A stretch of DNA of 64,000 nt from an uncultured Fibrobacteraceae bacterium (GCA_964549735.1 CAZJWO010000001.1:18348-82347), one strand, 5' to 3'; shown: positions 23,337 to 33,260, numbered from the stretch's first letter. The notes: generated by a model not told the origin, from the sequence alone. Numbers and translations are program-made.

Positions 23337-24398
23337 ATGTTACACGTCCAAATCGACCGTCGAACGCGCTACGGCGCGATCTTCACCTGCGCGCTGCTGC
23401 TGATCTCGCTGGCTTCGTGCTCCTCGGACGATCCGACCAAACCGCCGACGGACACCGTCGCTCCAACCGTGACGGCCACCAACCCCGTCCACAACGCCGT
23501 GGGCGTCGCGGTCATCAATGCTTCATTCAGCGAGCCGATGGACGCCGCGACGATCACGACCTCGACCCTGATCCTGACCGGACCCGGCGCGGGCGCCGTG
23601 AGCGGAACCGTCACCTACACATCATCCCCCCCGATGGCGCATTTCACACCCTCGACCGCCCTCGCGGCCGGAACTGCCTACATCGCGACGGTAACCACCG
23701 GAGTTACGGACGTCGCCGGCAATGCCCTGGCGGCCAACTACACGTGGAACTTCGCCACCGCGGCGACGTCGACTCCGCAGGCGGCGCCGGATCTCGGCGA
23801 GGCCGCGGGGTTCGTGGTCCTGGCCGGATCGACGGTCACCAGCACCGGCACCACCGCGCTGACGGGAGACCTGGGCGTCAGCCCGGGAACGTCGGTCACC
23901 GGTTTCCCGCCCGGCACTCTGACCGGCTCGCAGCACGCCGGAAATGCCACCTCGGCTGCGGCCATGACCGATCTCACCACGGCCTACAACGATGCCGCCG
24001 GTCGCACTGTAGACGCCGTCACCGTCGCCGGCAACCTGGGCGGCTTGACGCTTCCCCCGGGCCTCTACAAATCCACGTCGGCGCTGGAGATCTCGTCCGG
24101 CAACCTCACGCTCGACGCTCAGGGCGACGGGGACGCTGTCTTCATCTTCCAGATCGCCTCGACCCTGACCGTGTCGTCGGGCCGTTCCATCATCTTGAGC
24201 GGCGGCGCCAAGTCCGCCAACGTGTTCTGGCAGGTGGGCAGTTCCGCGACGTTCGAAACGACGTCCACCATCAAGGGCACGGTCATGGCAGACCAGTCGA
24301 TCACCCTCAACACCGCGGCCAGTCTGAACGGACGGGCGCTCGCGCGCATCGGCGCGGTGGCCATGAACGCCAACGAAATCGCCATACCGACGCCGTAG
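23337..24398 (+). CDS. Lipoprotein with an N-terminal Ig-like (SbsA/Big_5-like) domain and a DUF3494 ice-binding-like beta-solenoid domain
   Basis: Lipobox LISLASC. Ig-like segment TVAPTVTATNPVHNAVGV…SFSEPMDAATI. Ice-binding-like motifs (AAGFVVLAGSTVTSTG…ANVFWQVGSSATF…GTVMADQSITL). Confidence 0.7.
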   Translation: MLHVQIDRRTRYGAIFTCALLLISLASCSSDDPTKPPTDTVAPTVTATNPVHNAVGVAVINASFSEPMDAATITTSTLILTGPGAGAVSGTVTYTSSPPMAHFTPSTALAAGTAYIATVTTGVTDVAGNALAANYTWNFATAATSTPQAAPDLGEAAGFVVLAGSTVTSTGTTALTGDLGVSPGTSVTGFPPGTLTGSQHAGNATSAAAMTDLTTAYNDAAGRTVDAVTVAGNLGGLTLPPGLYKSTSALEISSGNLTLDAQGDGDAVFIFQIASTLTVSSGRSIILSGGAKSANVFWQVGSSATFETTSTIKGTVMADQSITLNTAASLNGRALARIGAVAMNANEIAIPTP

Positions 24399-24424
24399 GA
24401 TGCGAGCAATCGGCGGTGGAACTT

Positions 24425-24454
24425 AACGGGGCGGGGTCCGTGACCCGCCCCGTT
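24425..24454. terminator. Bidirectional hairpin between the convergent ice-binding-like lipoprotein (+) and OmpA-like (-) genes
   Basis: AACGGGGCGGG-tccgtga-CCCGCCCCGTT, perfect 11-bp stem. Confidence 0.55.
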
Positions 24455-24530
24455 GCTGCACCGTCGCAGCGCAATACGGGGGAAATCCGAGCCAGGGCTG
24501 CGGCGCAATGGCGACCGACCTGGGCATCAA

Positions 24531-25193
24531 CTATTGGGTCTGACTCTCGGCCGCCTTCTTCAACTTGTCGTTGGCCATGATGGCCAGATCGACCCGCCGG
24601 TTGCCCTGCCGACCAGCGTCGGTCGCGTTGTCGAATACCGGCTGGCCTTCGCCGTAGCCGACAACGGTGAATCGGGAGGTATCGACGCTCTGACTCGCCA
24701 GGACCCCGGACACCGCGCTGGCGCGGTTCTGCGAGAGGGTCATGTTGTAGTCATCGGGGCCGGTGCTGTCGGTGTGGCCCTCGATGAGCACGCGGGTGTC
24801 GGGATACTTGTTGAGGATCACGGCCAGCCTGACCAGGCTCGACTGCGATGCGGGTCGGATCTCCGCCTTGTCGAAGTCGAAGAGCAGGCCGGAATCGAAG
24901 GTGATCTTGATCCCCTCGCCGATCCGCTCGACCTTGGCGCCGGCGATGTCCCGCTCGATCTCTTCCGCCTGGTTGTCCATGTAGTTGCCGATGTACGCGC
25001 CGGCGGCGCCACCGACGGCGGCGCCGACGATGGCGCCCAGGATCGTGTTGCCTGCGTAGTGGCCGACGACCCCGCCGACCACAGCGCCGGAGCCCGCCCC
25101 GATGACGGCGCCCTTCTGCTGGCGGCTCATGCTCGCGCAGCCGGCCAACCCGACGATGAGCACGGCGATCATGACGATAGATGCTATTCTCAT
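24531..25193 (-). CDS. OmpA-family peptidoglycan-associated lipoprotein with an N-terminal glycine zipper
   Basis: Lipobox LIVGLAGC. OmpA_C motifs (LIEGHTDSTG…YNMTLSQNRASAV). A sigma-54 promoter sits immediately upstream. Confidence 0.8.
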   Translation of the reverse strand: MRIASIVMIAVLIVGLAGCASMSRQQKGAVIGAGSGAVVGGVVGHYAGNTILGAIVGAAVGGAAGAYIGNYMDNQAEEIERDIAGAKVERIGEGIKITFDSGLLFDFDKAEIRPASQSSLVRLAVILNKYPDTRVLIEGHTDSTGPDDYNMTLSQNRASAVSGVLASQSVDTSRFTVVGYGEGQPVFDNATDAGRQGNRRVDLAIMANDKLKKAAESQTQ

Positions 25194-25231
25194 GACATTC
25201 TTCCTTTCCGGGCCGAGGCCCGCGACGTTCG

Positions 25232-25247
25232 AAGCCACGATCGTGCC
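25232..25247 (-). promoter_or_regulatory. Sigma-54 promoter TGGCACGATCGTGGCT, upstream of the OmpA-like lipoprotein gene
   Basis: Exact TGGCACG-N4-TGGCT on the minus strand, about 40 nt before ATG 25193. Confidence 0.55.
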
Positions 25248-25762
25248 ATTCTGCAGGCTATGGTGGGGTTGGGACTTAGACGCGGTCCGGGTCGACCGCC
25301 TTGCTCATTACGACATGATGTCGATCAATCTGATGGCGACGAAGACCGTCCACGACGCATCTGGTTTCGACCAGGCGTCCGCGAATTCGCCTTCCCGTTC
25401 TACCGCCGAAACACCCGCGGTTGCGCCGCAACCGGCCCCGCACTCGGCTGCGGGAACCCGCGCCGACCGTGCCGCCCGCGACGCGGCGTCCGGCCAGCCT
25501 TCCGGCGATCCGAACGCGCCGATGTGGCGCAGATTTCGCTCTGGCGCCTCAGAAGCGAAATCGACCGCCAGGATCCGCGCCGGACAGCGGCCGCGAGTTA
25601 CGAACAGCGAGCGGTCATCGTCGGGTAAGTCTCCGGATCCATCAGCGGTCTCGATGTCCTGTCTGCGCCATCAAGGCTGGGTCCTCTCGCGAACTGCGGG
25701 GCACCACCTCGACGCGAAATCTGGAATAAGGCACCCCTGCGGTTCAGGATGAGGCGGACATC

Positions 25763-28700
25763 ATGGCGGCCAGGAAAAAGAGCAAGGCGAAGGCGTCACA
25801 AGCGACGCGTGAGGCCGGGATCGTCGAGGCACGAGAGGACGCCGCAGGATCAACCGAGGCGCCAGAGACGACCACGGACACGACCACGACGTCATCAGCC
25901 GGCTTTCCCATCGTCGGCATCGGCGCTTCGGCCGGGGGGCTGGCGGCTTTCGAGGCTTTCTTTTCCGGTATGCCCGCCGACACGGATCCGGGCATGGCTT
26001 TCATCCTGGTACAACACCTGGCTCCGGACCACAAGAGCATCCTCACCGACCTCGTCCAGCGCTACACCAGAATGCAGGTCTTCGAGGTCGAGGATGGGAT
26101 GGTCGTGCGCCCCAACTGCGCCTACATCATCCCGCCGGGCCGGGACATGGCGTTCCTGGGCGGCGCTCTCCAGCTGCTGCAACCGGCGGCCCCCCGGGGC
26201 CGACGGATGCCCATCGACTTCTTCTTTCGATCCCTGGCCCAGGACCAGCGCGAACGGGCCATCGGGGTCGTGCTTTCGGGCACCGGCAGCGACGGCACGC
26301 TCGGTGTTCGCGCCATCAAAGGCGATGGCGGCATGGTTATGGTCCAGGACCCGGCTTCGACCGAGCACGATGGCATGCCGCGCAACGCGCTCGCTACCGG
26401 TCTGGTGGACTACGAGTTGCCGCCGGCCGAGATGCCCGCCCAGATCATCGCGTATGCATCCCAGGTCTTCGGCAAGCCACGCCGGCCTGCCACCGTCCCG
26501 CCGCCGAAGGTCGAGAACGCGCTGAAGAAGGTCTTCATCCTTTTACGCGCCCGGACCGGCCACGATTTCAGCCAGTACAAGCCCAGCACTGTCCATCGCC
26601 GCATCGAGCGCCGCATGGCGATCCACCAGATCGAGACCGCGGAAGACTACGTCGGGTATCTACAGCAGACGCCGGCGGAGGTGGAAGCACTCTTTCGTGA
26701 CATGCTGATCGGCGTCACCAGTTTCTTCCGCGACCCGGAAGCCTTCAAGGCGGTCCAGGAAGAGGTCATCCCGAAGCTATTCGCCGGGAAGTCACCGAAC
26801 GGCGTGATCCGCGTGTGGTCGGTGGGCTGTTCCACCGGCGAGGAAGCCTATTCTCTCGCTATCCTGCTGGCGGAACATCAGGAAACGTTCAAGCAGGGCA
26901 TCAAGGCGCAGATCTTCGCCACCGACATCGACAGCAATTCGATCGCCACGGCCCGCGCCGGCGTCTACCCGGCCAGCATCGCCGCGGACGTCACGCCGGA
27001 ACGGCTCGCACGGTTCTTCTCAGTGGAGCCCGGCGGCAATTACTACCGCATTCACAAGAGCATTCGCGACCTGCTGGTCTTTTCCGATCAGAACGTCATC
27101 AAGGACCCTCCGTTTTCCAGGCTCGACTTGATCAGCTGCCGCAACCTGCTGATCTATATGGGCTCCGAACTGCAAAAAGCGATCATTCCGCTCTTTCACT
27201 ACGCCTTGAATCCGGGCGGATTCCTCTTGCTGGGCACCTCCGAGACAGTCGGAGAGTTCGGGAACCTGTTCACCACCATCGAGCGGAAATCGAAGCTTTA
27301 CCAGAGCAGGGAAGGCCATCGCCATACCACCCCAGGTCGCTTCCTGTCGCCCGCGGGGAGGGTGGAAGTGCCGGTCCTCCAGGCCGCCCACCAGCGAACG
27401 AGTTCCGGCAAACCATCGCTGCGCGAACTGGCTGAAAAAGCATTGTTGCAACATGTTGCCCCTGCGGCAGCACTCGTCAACGTCAGCGGCGACATCCTCT
27501 ACCTCCATGGCCGCACCGGCTTGTATCTGGAGCCGACCCCGGGCGAACCCGGCGTCAACAACATCCTGAAGATGGCCCGCGAGGGATTGCGGCGCGATCT
27601 GACCATGGCGCTGCAGAGTGCCGCGGCGAGCCGGGAGGTCGTGCGCTGTCAGGGTCTGCGGGTCAAGTCCAACGGCGACGTCACGACGGTCAATCTGACT
27701 GTCCACGCCGTGCCGGCCCGCCTCGCTAACGACGCACCGTCCGCACTCGCCGGGAACTCCGAGACGCCCTTGCTCTTGGTCGTTCTCGAACCGGCCGCGA
27801 TCCAGGGGGCTGATCAGCTCGCCGCGACACCCCATGCCACGATCGAAGCCGACGCCGAACAGGCCGCGGGCGACGCCGTGCAGACGCTGATCGTTTCTCT
27901 GCGGCAGGAGTTGCGGGCCAAGGAAGATTACGTCCAGGCCACGAACGAGGAGATGGAGACCACCAACGAGGAACTCCGGTCTTCCAATGAAGAGATGCAA
28001 TCGGTGAATGAGGAATTGCAGTCCACCAATGAGGAGCTCGAGACTTCCAAGGAGGAGCTGCAATCGGTGAACGAGGAATTGTCCACGGTAAATGCCGAAC
28101 TGCAGACCAAGGTCGCTGACCTAACGCGGGCCAACAACGACATCAACAATCTGCTGGCCGGCACCGGTATCGCCACTGTCTTCGTGGATCACAGCCTGCG
28201 CATCCTGCGCTTCACCCCCAGTGCCACGCGAATCATCAACCTGATCCAGGGCGACGTCGGGCGACCCGTGGACCATATCGTCTCCAACCTGGCTGGCTAC
28301 GACAAGCTGGCAACGGACACGCAGTCGGTCCTGGATACCCTGGATCCCATGGAACTGGATGTCCAGACCAGGGCCGGCGTGTGGCACACGATGCGCATCC
28401 TGCCCTACCGGACGCTAGACAACGTGATCGAGGGTGCCGTGATCACCTTCGTGAACATCGGCCTGGCGAAGGCGGCGCAGGAAGCGCTGCAGGATGCCTA
28501 CCTCCGGGCGACGGAGGCGATCGTCGCCACCGTCCGCGAACCGCTGCTGGTACTGGCAGCCGACTTGCGGATCATCTCGGCCAGCAGCGCTTTCTATCAC
28601 GCCTTCCGGCTGTCGCCCGATTGCGCCATCGGGTTATCGCTGTTCGAGCTGGGTCATCGACAGTGGGACTTCCCGGCCTCGCGCAAGCTACTTGAAGAGA

Positions 28701-28855
28701 TCCTGCCCCAAGATCTGGAGGTCGATGACTACGTGATGTCTCACGATTTCGAGGAGATCGGTATGCGCACGTTGCGGCTCAACGCCCGAATGGTCAGCGA
28801 GACCGGCCAGCCAAGATTCGTCTTGCTGGCGATCGAGGACATCACCCAGCAGTAG
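25763..28855 (+). CDS. CheB methylesterase - CheR methyltransferase fusion protein with PAS domains and a coiled-coil
   Basis: CheB catalytic domain (GIGASAGG…VLSGTGSDG). CheR SAM-binding domain (VWSVGCSTGEEAYSLAILL). Heptad-repeat linker and PAS domains. Confidence 0.9.
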   Translation: MAARKKSKAKASQATREAGIVEAREDAAGSTEAPETTTDTTTTSSAGFPIVGIGASAGGLAAFEAFFSGMPADTDPGMAFILVQHLAPDHKSILTDLVQRYTRMQVFEVEDGMVVRPNCAYIIPPGRDMAFLGGALQLLQPAAPRGRRMPIDFFFRSLAQDQRERAIGVVLSGTGSDGTLGVRAIKGDGGMVMVQDPASTEHDGMPRNALATGLVDYELPPAEMPAQIIAYASQVFGKPRRPATVPPPKVENALKKVFILLRARTGHDFSQYKPSTVHRRIERRMAIHQIETAEDYVGYLQQTPAEVEALFRDMLIGVTSFFRDPEAFKAVQEEVIPKLFAGKSPNGVIRVWSVGCSTGEEAYSLAILLAEHQETFKQGIKAQIFATDIDSNSIATARAGVYPASIAADVTPERLARFFSVEPGGNYYRIHKSIRDLLVFSDQNVIKDPPFSRLDLISCRNLLIYMGSELQKAIIPLFHYALNPGGFLLLGTSETVGEFGNLFTTIERKSKLYQSREGHRHTTPGRFLSPAGRVEVPVLQAAHQRTSSGKPSLRELAEKALLQHVAPAAALVNVSGDILYLHGRTGLYLEPTPGEPGVNNILKMAREGLRRDLTMALQSAAASREVVRCQGLRVKSNGDVTTVNLTVHAVPARLANDAPSALAGNSETPLLLVVLEPAAIQGADQLAATPHATIEADAEQAAGDAVQTLIVSLRQELRAKEDYVQATNEEMETTNEELRSSNEEMQSVNEELQSTNEELETSKEELQSVNEELSTVNAELQTKVADLTRANNDINNLLAGTGIATVFVDHSLRILRFTPSATRIINLIQGDVGRPVDHIVSNLAGYDKLATDTQSVLDTLDPMELDVQTRAGVWHTMRILPYRTLDNVIEGAVITFVNIGLAKAAQEALQDAYLRATEAIVATVREPLLVLAADLRIISASSAFYHAFRLSPDCAIGLSLFELGHRQWDFPASRKLLEEILPQDLEVDDYVMSHDFEEIGMRTLRLNARMVSETGQPRFVLLAIEDITQQ

Positions 28856-28873
28856 CAGGAAAGGCGAGCCACG

Positions 28874-30616
28874 ATGACCGGTGATGGTGACCGACCCTTC
28901 AACGCCGCTGAACTGCGCGACCGGGCCGAAGCGCGGGCTAGACAGGACACAGCTCGATCGCCGGAGGACCTGCTGTCGCTACCGTCTGATGAGGGCCGCC
29001 GGGTCCTGCACGAATTGCGGGTTCACCAGATCGAACTGGAGTTGCAGAACGAGGAGTTGCGCCACGCGCAGGCGGAGCTGGACGCTTCACGGGCACGATA
29101 TTTCGACCTCTACAACATCGCCCCCGTTGGTTATTGCACCATTTCCGACACGGGATTGATCCTGGAGGCCAACCTCACCGCCGCCACCTTGCTTCGGGTG
29201 AACCGTGGTGCGCTGGTCAAGCAACCGATCTTCCGGTTCATCCTGGCGGAGGACCAGGACGTCTACTATCGGTTTCGCAAGCAACTCGTCGATACCCGCG
29301 ATCCGCAGAATTGCGAACTCCGCATGGTAAGGCCGGATGGTCCGCCGTTCTGGGCGCGACTGCACGCGACGGTCGCCCCTGGCGATGACGAAGCAGCCGT
29401 TTTCCGCGTCGTGTTGAGTGATATCTCCGAACGCAAGCGGATCGAGGCCGAACACGAGGAGTTGCAGGCCCAGCTGAACCAGGCCCTGAAGATGGAATCC
29501 GTGGGCCGGCTGGCCGGCGGGGTCGCCCACGACTTCAACAACATGCTCAGCGTGATCATCGGTCACACGGAAATGGTCCTGGACAGCGTGGATCCTGATG
29601 ATCCGCTTCACGATACGCTCCAGGAGATCTTCGACGCAGCCAGACGTTCCGCCGAGGTTGTCGGTCAATTGCTGGCTTTCGCCCGCAAGCAGACCGTCGC
29701 GCCCAAGGTGCTCTGCTTGAACGATACGATGGAAGCCATGCTCAAGATGCTCCGCCGGTTGATCGGCGAGGACATCGACATCGTCTGGCTTCCGGAAGGC
29801 CAACTGTGGTCGGTCAAGATCGATCCGGCGCAGCTAGACCAGATCCTGGCCAATCTCTGTGTCAATGCACGAGACGCCATCGCCGCAGCAGGCAAGATCA
29901 CCATCGAAACGGACAATGTTTCCTTTGATGAGCGCTACTGCGCGAGCCACGCCGGTTATGTCCCCGGCGAGTTCGTCCTGCTGGAGGTGAGCGACGACGG
30001 CTGCGGCATGAGCCGGCAGACGATGAACAAGCTGTTCGAGCCCTACTTCACCACCAAGGACGTGGACAAGGGCACTGGACTGGGCCTCGCCATGGTCTAC
30101 GGCATCGTCAAGCAGAACAACGGATTCATCATCGTCAACAGCAGACTCGGCGACGGAACCACCTTCAGAATCTACCTGCCCCGGCACGAGGGCATGGCAA
30201 TGCCCATGCGCGAGATACGAGAGCCGGCAGCGCCGCAGGTACCAGGAAGCGAAACCATCCTGCTGGTGGAGGACGAACCGGCGATCCTGCGCATGACGAT
30301 GACCATACTCGAGCGTCTTCACTACACCGTGCTGACAGCAACGACTCCTGGCGAGGCCATCCGCCTGGCCGCGGCCTACCCCGGCAGGATCAATCTGCTC
30401 TTGACCGACGTCATCATGCCCGAGATGAACGGCCGGAATCTGTCCAAGAAGCTCCTGGCCCAACATCCACACCTGGGCTGCCTGTTCATGTCCGGCTACT
30501 CCGCGAATGTCATTGCTGACGGCGGAATGCTGGACGCCCGTGTCCATTTCATCCAGAAGCCTTTCACGATGTCGGAACTCGCCGTCAAGGTGCGGCAAGC
30601 GCTCGGTAAAGAATAG
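28874..30616 (+). CDS. PAS-domain hybrid histidine kinase with a receiver domain, in an operon with the CheBR fusion
   Basis: 19-nt gap after the CheBR gene. H-box GGVAHDFNNML. HATPase motifs (SDDGCGM, GTGLGL). Receiver domain (LLLTDVIMPEMNG). Confidence 0.9.
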   Translation: MTGDGDRPFNAAELRDRAEARARQDTARSPEDLLSLPSDEGRRVLHELRVHQIELELQNEELRHAQAELDASRARYFDLYNIAPVGYCTISDTGLILEANLTAATLLRVNRGALVKQPIFRFILAEDQDVYYRFRKQLVDTRDPQNCELRMVRPDGPPFWARLHATVAPGDDEAAVFRVVLSDISERKRIEAEHEELQAQLNQALKMESVGRLAGGVAHDFNNMLSVIIGHTEMVLDSVDPDDPLHDTLQEIFDAARRSAEVVGQLLAFARKQTVAPKVLCLNDTMEAMLKMLRRLIGEDIDIVWLPEGQLWSVKIDPAQLDQILANLCVNARDAIAAAGKITIETDNVSFDERYCASHAGYVPGEFVLLEVSDDGCGMSRQTMNKLFEPYFTTKDVDKGTGLGLAMVYGIVKQNNGFIIVNSRLGDGTTFRIYLPRHEGMAMPMREIREPAAPQVPGSETILLVEDEPAILRMTMTILERLHYTVLTATTPGEAIRLAAAYPGRINLLLTDVIMPEMNGRNLSKKLLAQHPHLGCLFMSGYSANVIADGGMLDARVHFIQKPFTMSELAVKVRQALGKE

Positions 30617-30806
30617 GCTATGCCGCCGCCTTCCATCGAAAACGACCTGATGATCCATCGCACCGGCGCCAATTGGCGATCCAGGGCCGGCGACGCGATG
30701 CACGAACATTTGCAGCCCTATGCAGCAAACGACCTGTCTCGAGTCACCAACCCCGAGCCATAGAGACTTGCGCCCCGATTCGGCGTAACCGCGACACGCC
30801 ACGTCC

Positions 30807-30899
30807 CTAGCGCCGACGTCTGCTCCAGTAGTAGCCACCGCCGCCGCCGAACAGGACGATAAAGAGCAAGATGACGATGATGAGCGTTCCTGAACTCAT
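30807..30899 (-). CDS. Very small membrane peptide (30 aa)
   Basis: Strong RBS aaggagagg. Product is MSSGTLIIVILLFIVLFGGGGGYYWSRRRR. Confidence 0.4.
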   Translation of the reverse strand: MSSGTLIIVILLFIVLFGGGGGYYWSRRRR

Positions 30900-30968
30900 G
30901 GTATCCTCTCCTTTCCATTGGCCGAACAGCCGAGACAGGTTACGTACGTCCGGATGATGTGCGCCTTG

Positions 30969-31154
30969 CTATCTGGAAGCCTTCTTGGCCGATTTCTTCA
31001 TGTCCTTCGCGGCATGCTTGATATCCTTGGCCGCGCCTTTGGCCAGACCTCTGGCCTCGTCCCTCTCGCCCTCCCGCTTGAGCTGCGCATCACGGGTCAA
31101 GATGCCTGCCGCTTGCTTGATCTTGCCCTTGGCCTTGTCACTGTGCTCGCCCAT
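30969..31154 (-). CDS. CsbD-family general stress protein
   Basis: RBS aaggagag. Product is MGEHSDKAKGKIKQAAGILTRDAQLKREGERDEARGLAKGAAKDIKHAAKDMKK…. Confidence 0.7.
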   Translation of the reverse strand: MGEHSDKAKGKIKQAAGILTRDAQLKREGERDEARGLAKGAAKDIKHAAKDMKKSAKKASR

Positions 31155-31402
31155 GGATCTCTCCTTCGCCAGTTCCGACATCGCTTCCACGTCCACGAGC
31201 GTATCAGAGCAAACGGCGGGCCGCCGTTCTATGGTGTTATATGACAGACCATTACGCCGACGCCGCAATCTATGACGGCTCGCGGCGTCCATCAGAATGG
31301 CCCACCACCCATCGCCCGGACATCAATCCGCGACATCGGCTGTCATCCCGCCGACCTTTCGCACGCCGGGGCTCGGATCAGGGAACTGTCCACTGGAAAT
31401 GG

Positions 31403-31432
31403 GAAGGGCGACGGACCATCCCGTCGCCCTTC
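31403..31432 (-). terminator. Hairpin downstream of the DUF4382 lipoprotein gene
   Basis: GAAGGGCGACGG-accatc-CCGTCGCCCTTC, perfect 12-bp stem. Confidence 0.5.
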
Positions 31433-31461
31433 CGATCGCTGACTTGTCGCGCAGCAACGTC

Positions 31462-32322
31462 TCAATCGGTCTCGATCACCAGCACGACATCGATGTCCGC
31501 AACGTTCTGCCCGGCGACGACCACGATGCCGTCCCTGGTGGCCGTCTCGTAGCCGGCGGCGTCGATTCGCAGGTCATACGTGCCCGCCAGCAACGCGTGG
31601 AGCACGTAGCCCCCCATGATCGGATCCGGCAGGCACGTGGCCACGGTATCGCGCGTGACCGGCGCGAGAGCATAGACCACGGCTCCGATGCCGAAAGGCT
31701 CCACCGTACCGGAGACGCTCCCCGAGAGCACCGTCTGGACCAGGCGGATCGTCGGGCGCAAGATGAAGTTCCCGCTGCCGGGGGGAGCCTCGTGCAGCGA
31801 CCGGGCCACATCGAAGTCCACGGTCAGGTCGGTGATGGCATCGGGATTGATCGTGAACGTGCCGACAAGTTTGATCCCGGACTGGAACCCGCTGGGGATG
31901 AAGAGATTCTGCGGTGAACCATCGATCGTGAGCGTGGCGCTCACGAGCATGATGCGCACCTGGGTGTAGGTCCCCGCGGTCAGTTCCACTTCTCCGAGCG
32001 TGACGAAGACTCCGTCGACAAGTCGCAGGAGATCGAACGTACGCTCTGCAATCGGCAGCGTGCCCGGTAGCACCGTGATCCAGCCGCCATCCTCGTTCTC
32101 GGCCCGATCACTGCGGTGGACCCGCACCTCCGCGAAGACCACCTCCAGGGACTCCACGGTCCCGATGAAGGGGGGCGCGTCGACCAGATGCACGCGCAGC
32201 GTACCGGTGGCGGTACCGGGGCTCTGCGAATCGGAGCAACCAATCAGACAGATGAATAGCACGGCCAGACCGAATCCGGCCGGTAGCAGTCGTCGCAGGA
32301 TGGGATCGGTCATCATCAGCAC
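31462..32322 (-). CDS. DUF4382-like lipoprotein
   Basis: Lipobox LIGC. Conserved segments GTLRVHLVDAPP…GIKLVGTFTINPD. A perfect 12-bp stem terminator follows. Confidence 0.6.
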   Translation of the reverse strand: MLMMTDPILRRLLPAGFGLAVLFICLIGCSDSQSPGTATGTLRVHLVDAPPFIGTVESLEVVFAEVRVHRSDRAENEDGGWITVLPGTLPIAERTFDLLRLVDGVFVTLGEVELTAGTYTQVRIMLVSATLTIDGSPQNLFIPSGFQSGIKLVGTFTINPDAITDLTVDFDVARSLHEAPPGSGNFILRPTIRLVQTVLSGSVSGTVEPFGIGAVVYALAPVTRDTVATCLPDPIMGGYVLHALLAGTYDLRIDAAGYETATRDGIVVVAGQNVADIDVVLVIETD

Positions 32323-32456
32323 CTCCCGGCTCGTGGTCCCAACGCCGACGCGATGATCTCCGACCGCGTGTCCATGGAACCGAGGGCGCTACCCCACCAG
32401 GGTCCACGCCCTCCGGTCCAGACATCTGCGCATCGACGAACGTCCACGCGTTCTAC

Positions 32457-32819
32457 CTACGCGTCCCAATATGGCTTCTGGCCGTAGTACTTGTGGATGT
32501 CATCACCCCAGGACTTGTCCGAAAAATTCGGCCACTTGTCGTTCTTGTCGAAACCGGGAGCAGCCTCGAGCTTCTTCTTGTCCACGTCGAGGATGAGCTT
32601 GTTCTCGGTGTTGGCGAACTCGAACGCCTTCCAAGGCATGGCGAAGTACTTGCCGCTGGAGGCCAGAACCGCGTAGGCCAGTCGACCCGCATTGGCATCG
32701 ATCACCAGTTCATGGATCTTGCCGAGCTTCTCATCCTGGCGGTTGATGACCGCCTCGCCGATGATCTTCGATGCCGATACGACACCGTACATCTCCTGTG
32801 GCTTTCTAGTCGTCACCAT
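32457..32819 (-). CDS. PRC-barrel domain protein (about 120 aa)
   Basis: RBS aaggag. Motif IIGEAVINRQDEKLGKIHELVIDANAGRLAYAVLASSG. Confidence 0.7.
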   Translation of the reverse strand: MVTTRKPQEMYGVVSASKIIGEAVINRQDEKLGKIHELVIDANAGRLAYAVLASSGKYFAMPWKAFEFANTENKLILDVDKKKLEAAPGFDKNDKWPNFSDKSWGDDIHKYYGQKPYWDA

Positions 32820-33244
32820 ATCGTACTCCTTCTGGTTACTGGAACTCTCAACCACCACGAACCATAGACGGCAATTTGTGCGCCAGTTACGCGTCTTGAG
32901 GTAAGTGCGTGCGTCCACTACTGGATCGGCTGAGAGAACCTGACCGGACGGCGTCCGATGGCTGTCAGAATGATGTCGGAGTCCATCAGAATCGACGTCG
33001 CCGCGCAGGCCTGGTTCGGGATCGAGTGAATGCTGATTCCGGTTGAACGTGCGGCGTCGCTCCGCGTGGCCGTCGCTAGGATCTCCTCTGATCTCCTCTC
33101 GCCCGCGAGCCCCAGCGATTCGCCGATGTCCGGTCATCGAGGTCCATGACCGGAACCTCCATTTCGATCAGCCGCGCCACATTCTGATCGGTGCGGCAAG
33201 AACCGGTGTCGCTGCAATTGATTGCCTGGTAATCAGTTCGAACG

Positions 33245-33260
33245 TGGCACGGGAATGGCT
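33245..33260 (+). promoter_or_regulatory. Sigma-54 promoter TGGCACGGGAATGGCT, upstream of the 44-aa ORF
   Basis: Exact TGGCACG-N4-TGGCT. Same architecture as 25232 and 20112. Confidence 0.55.
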
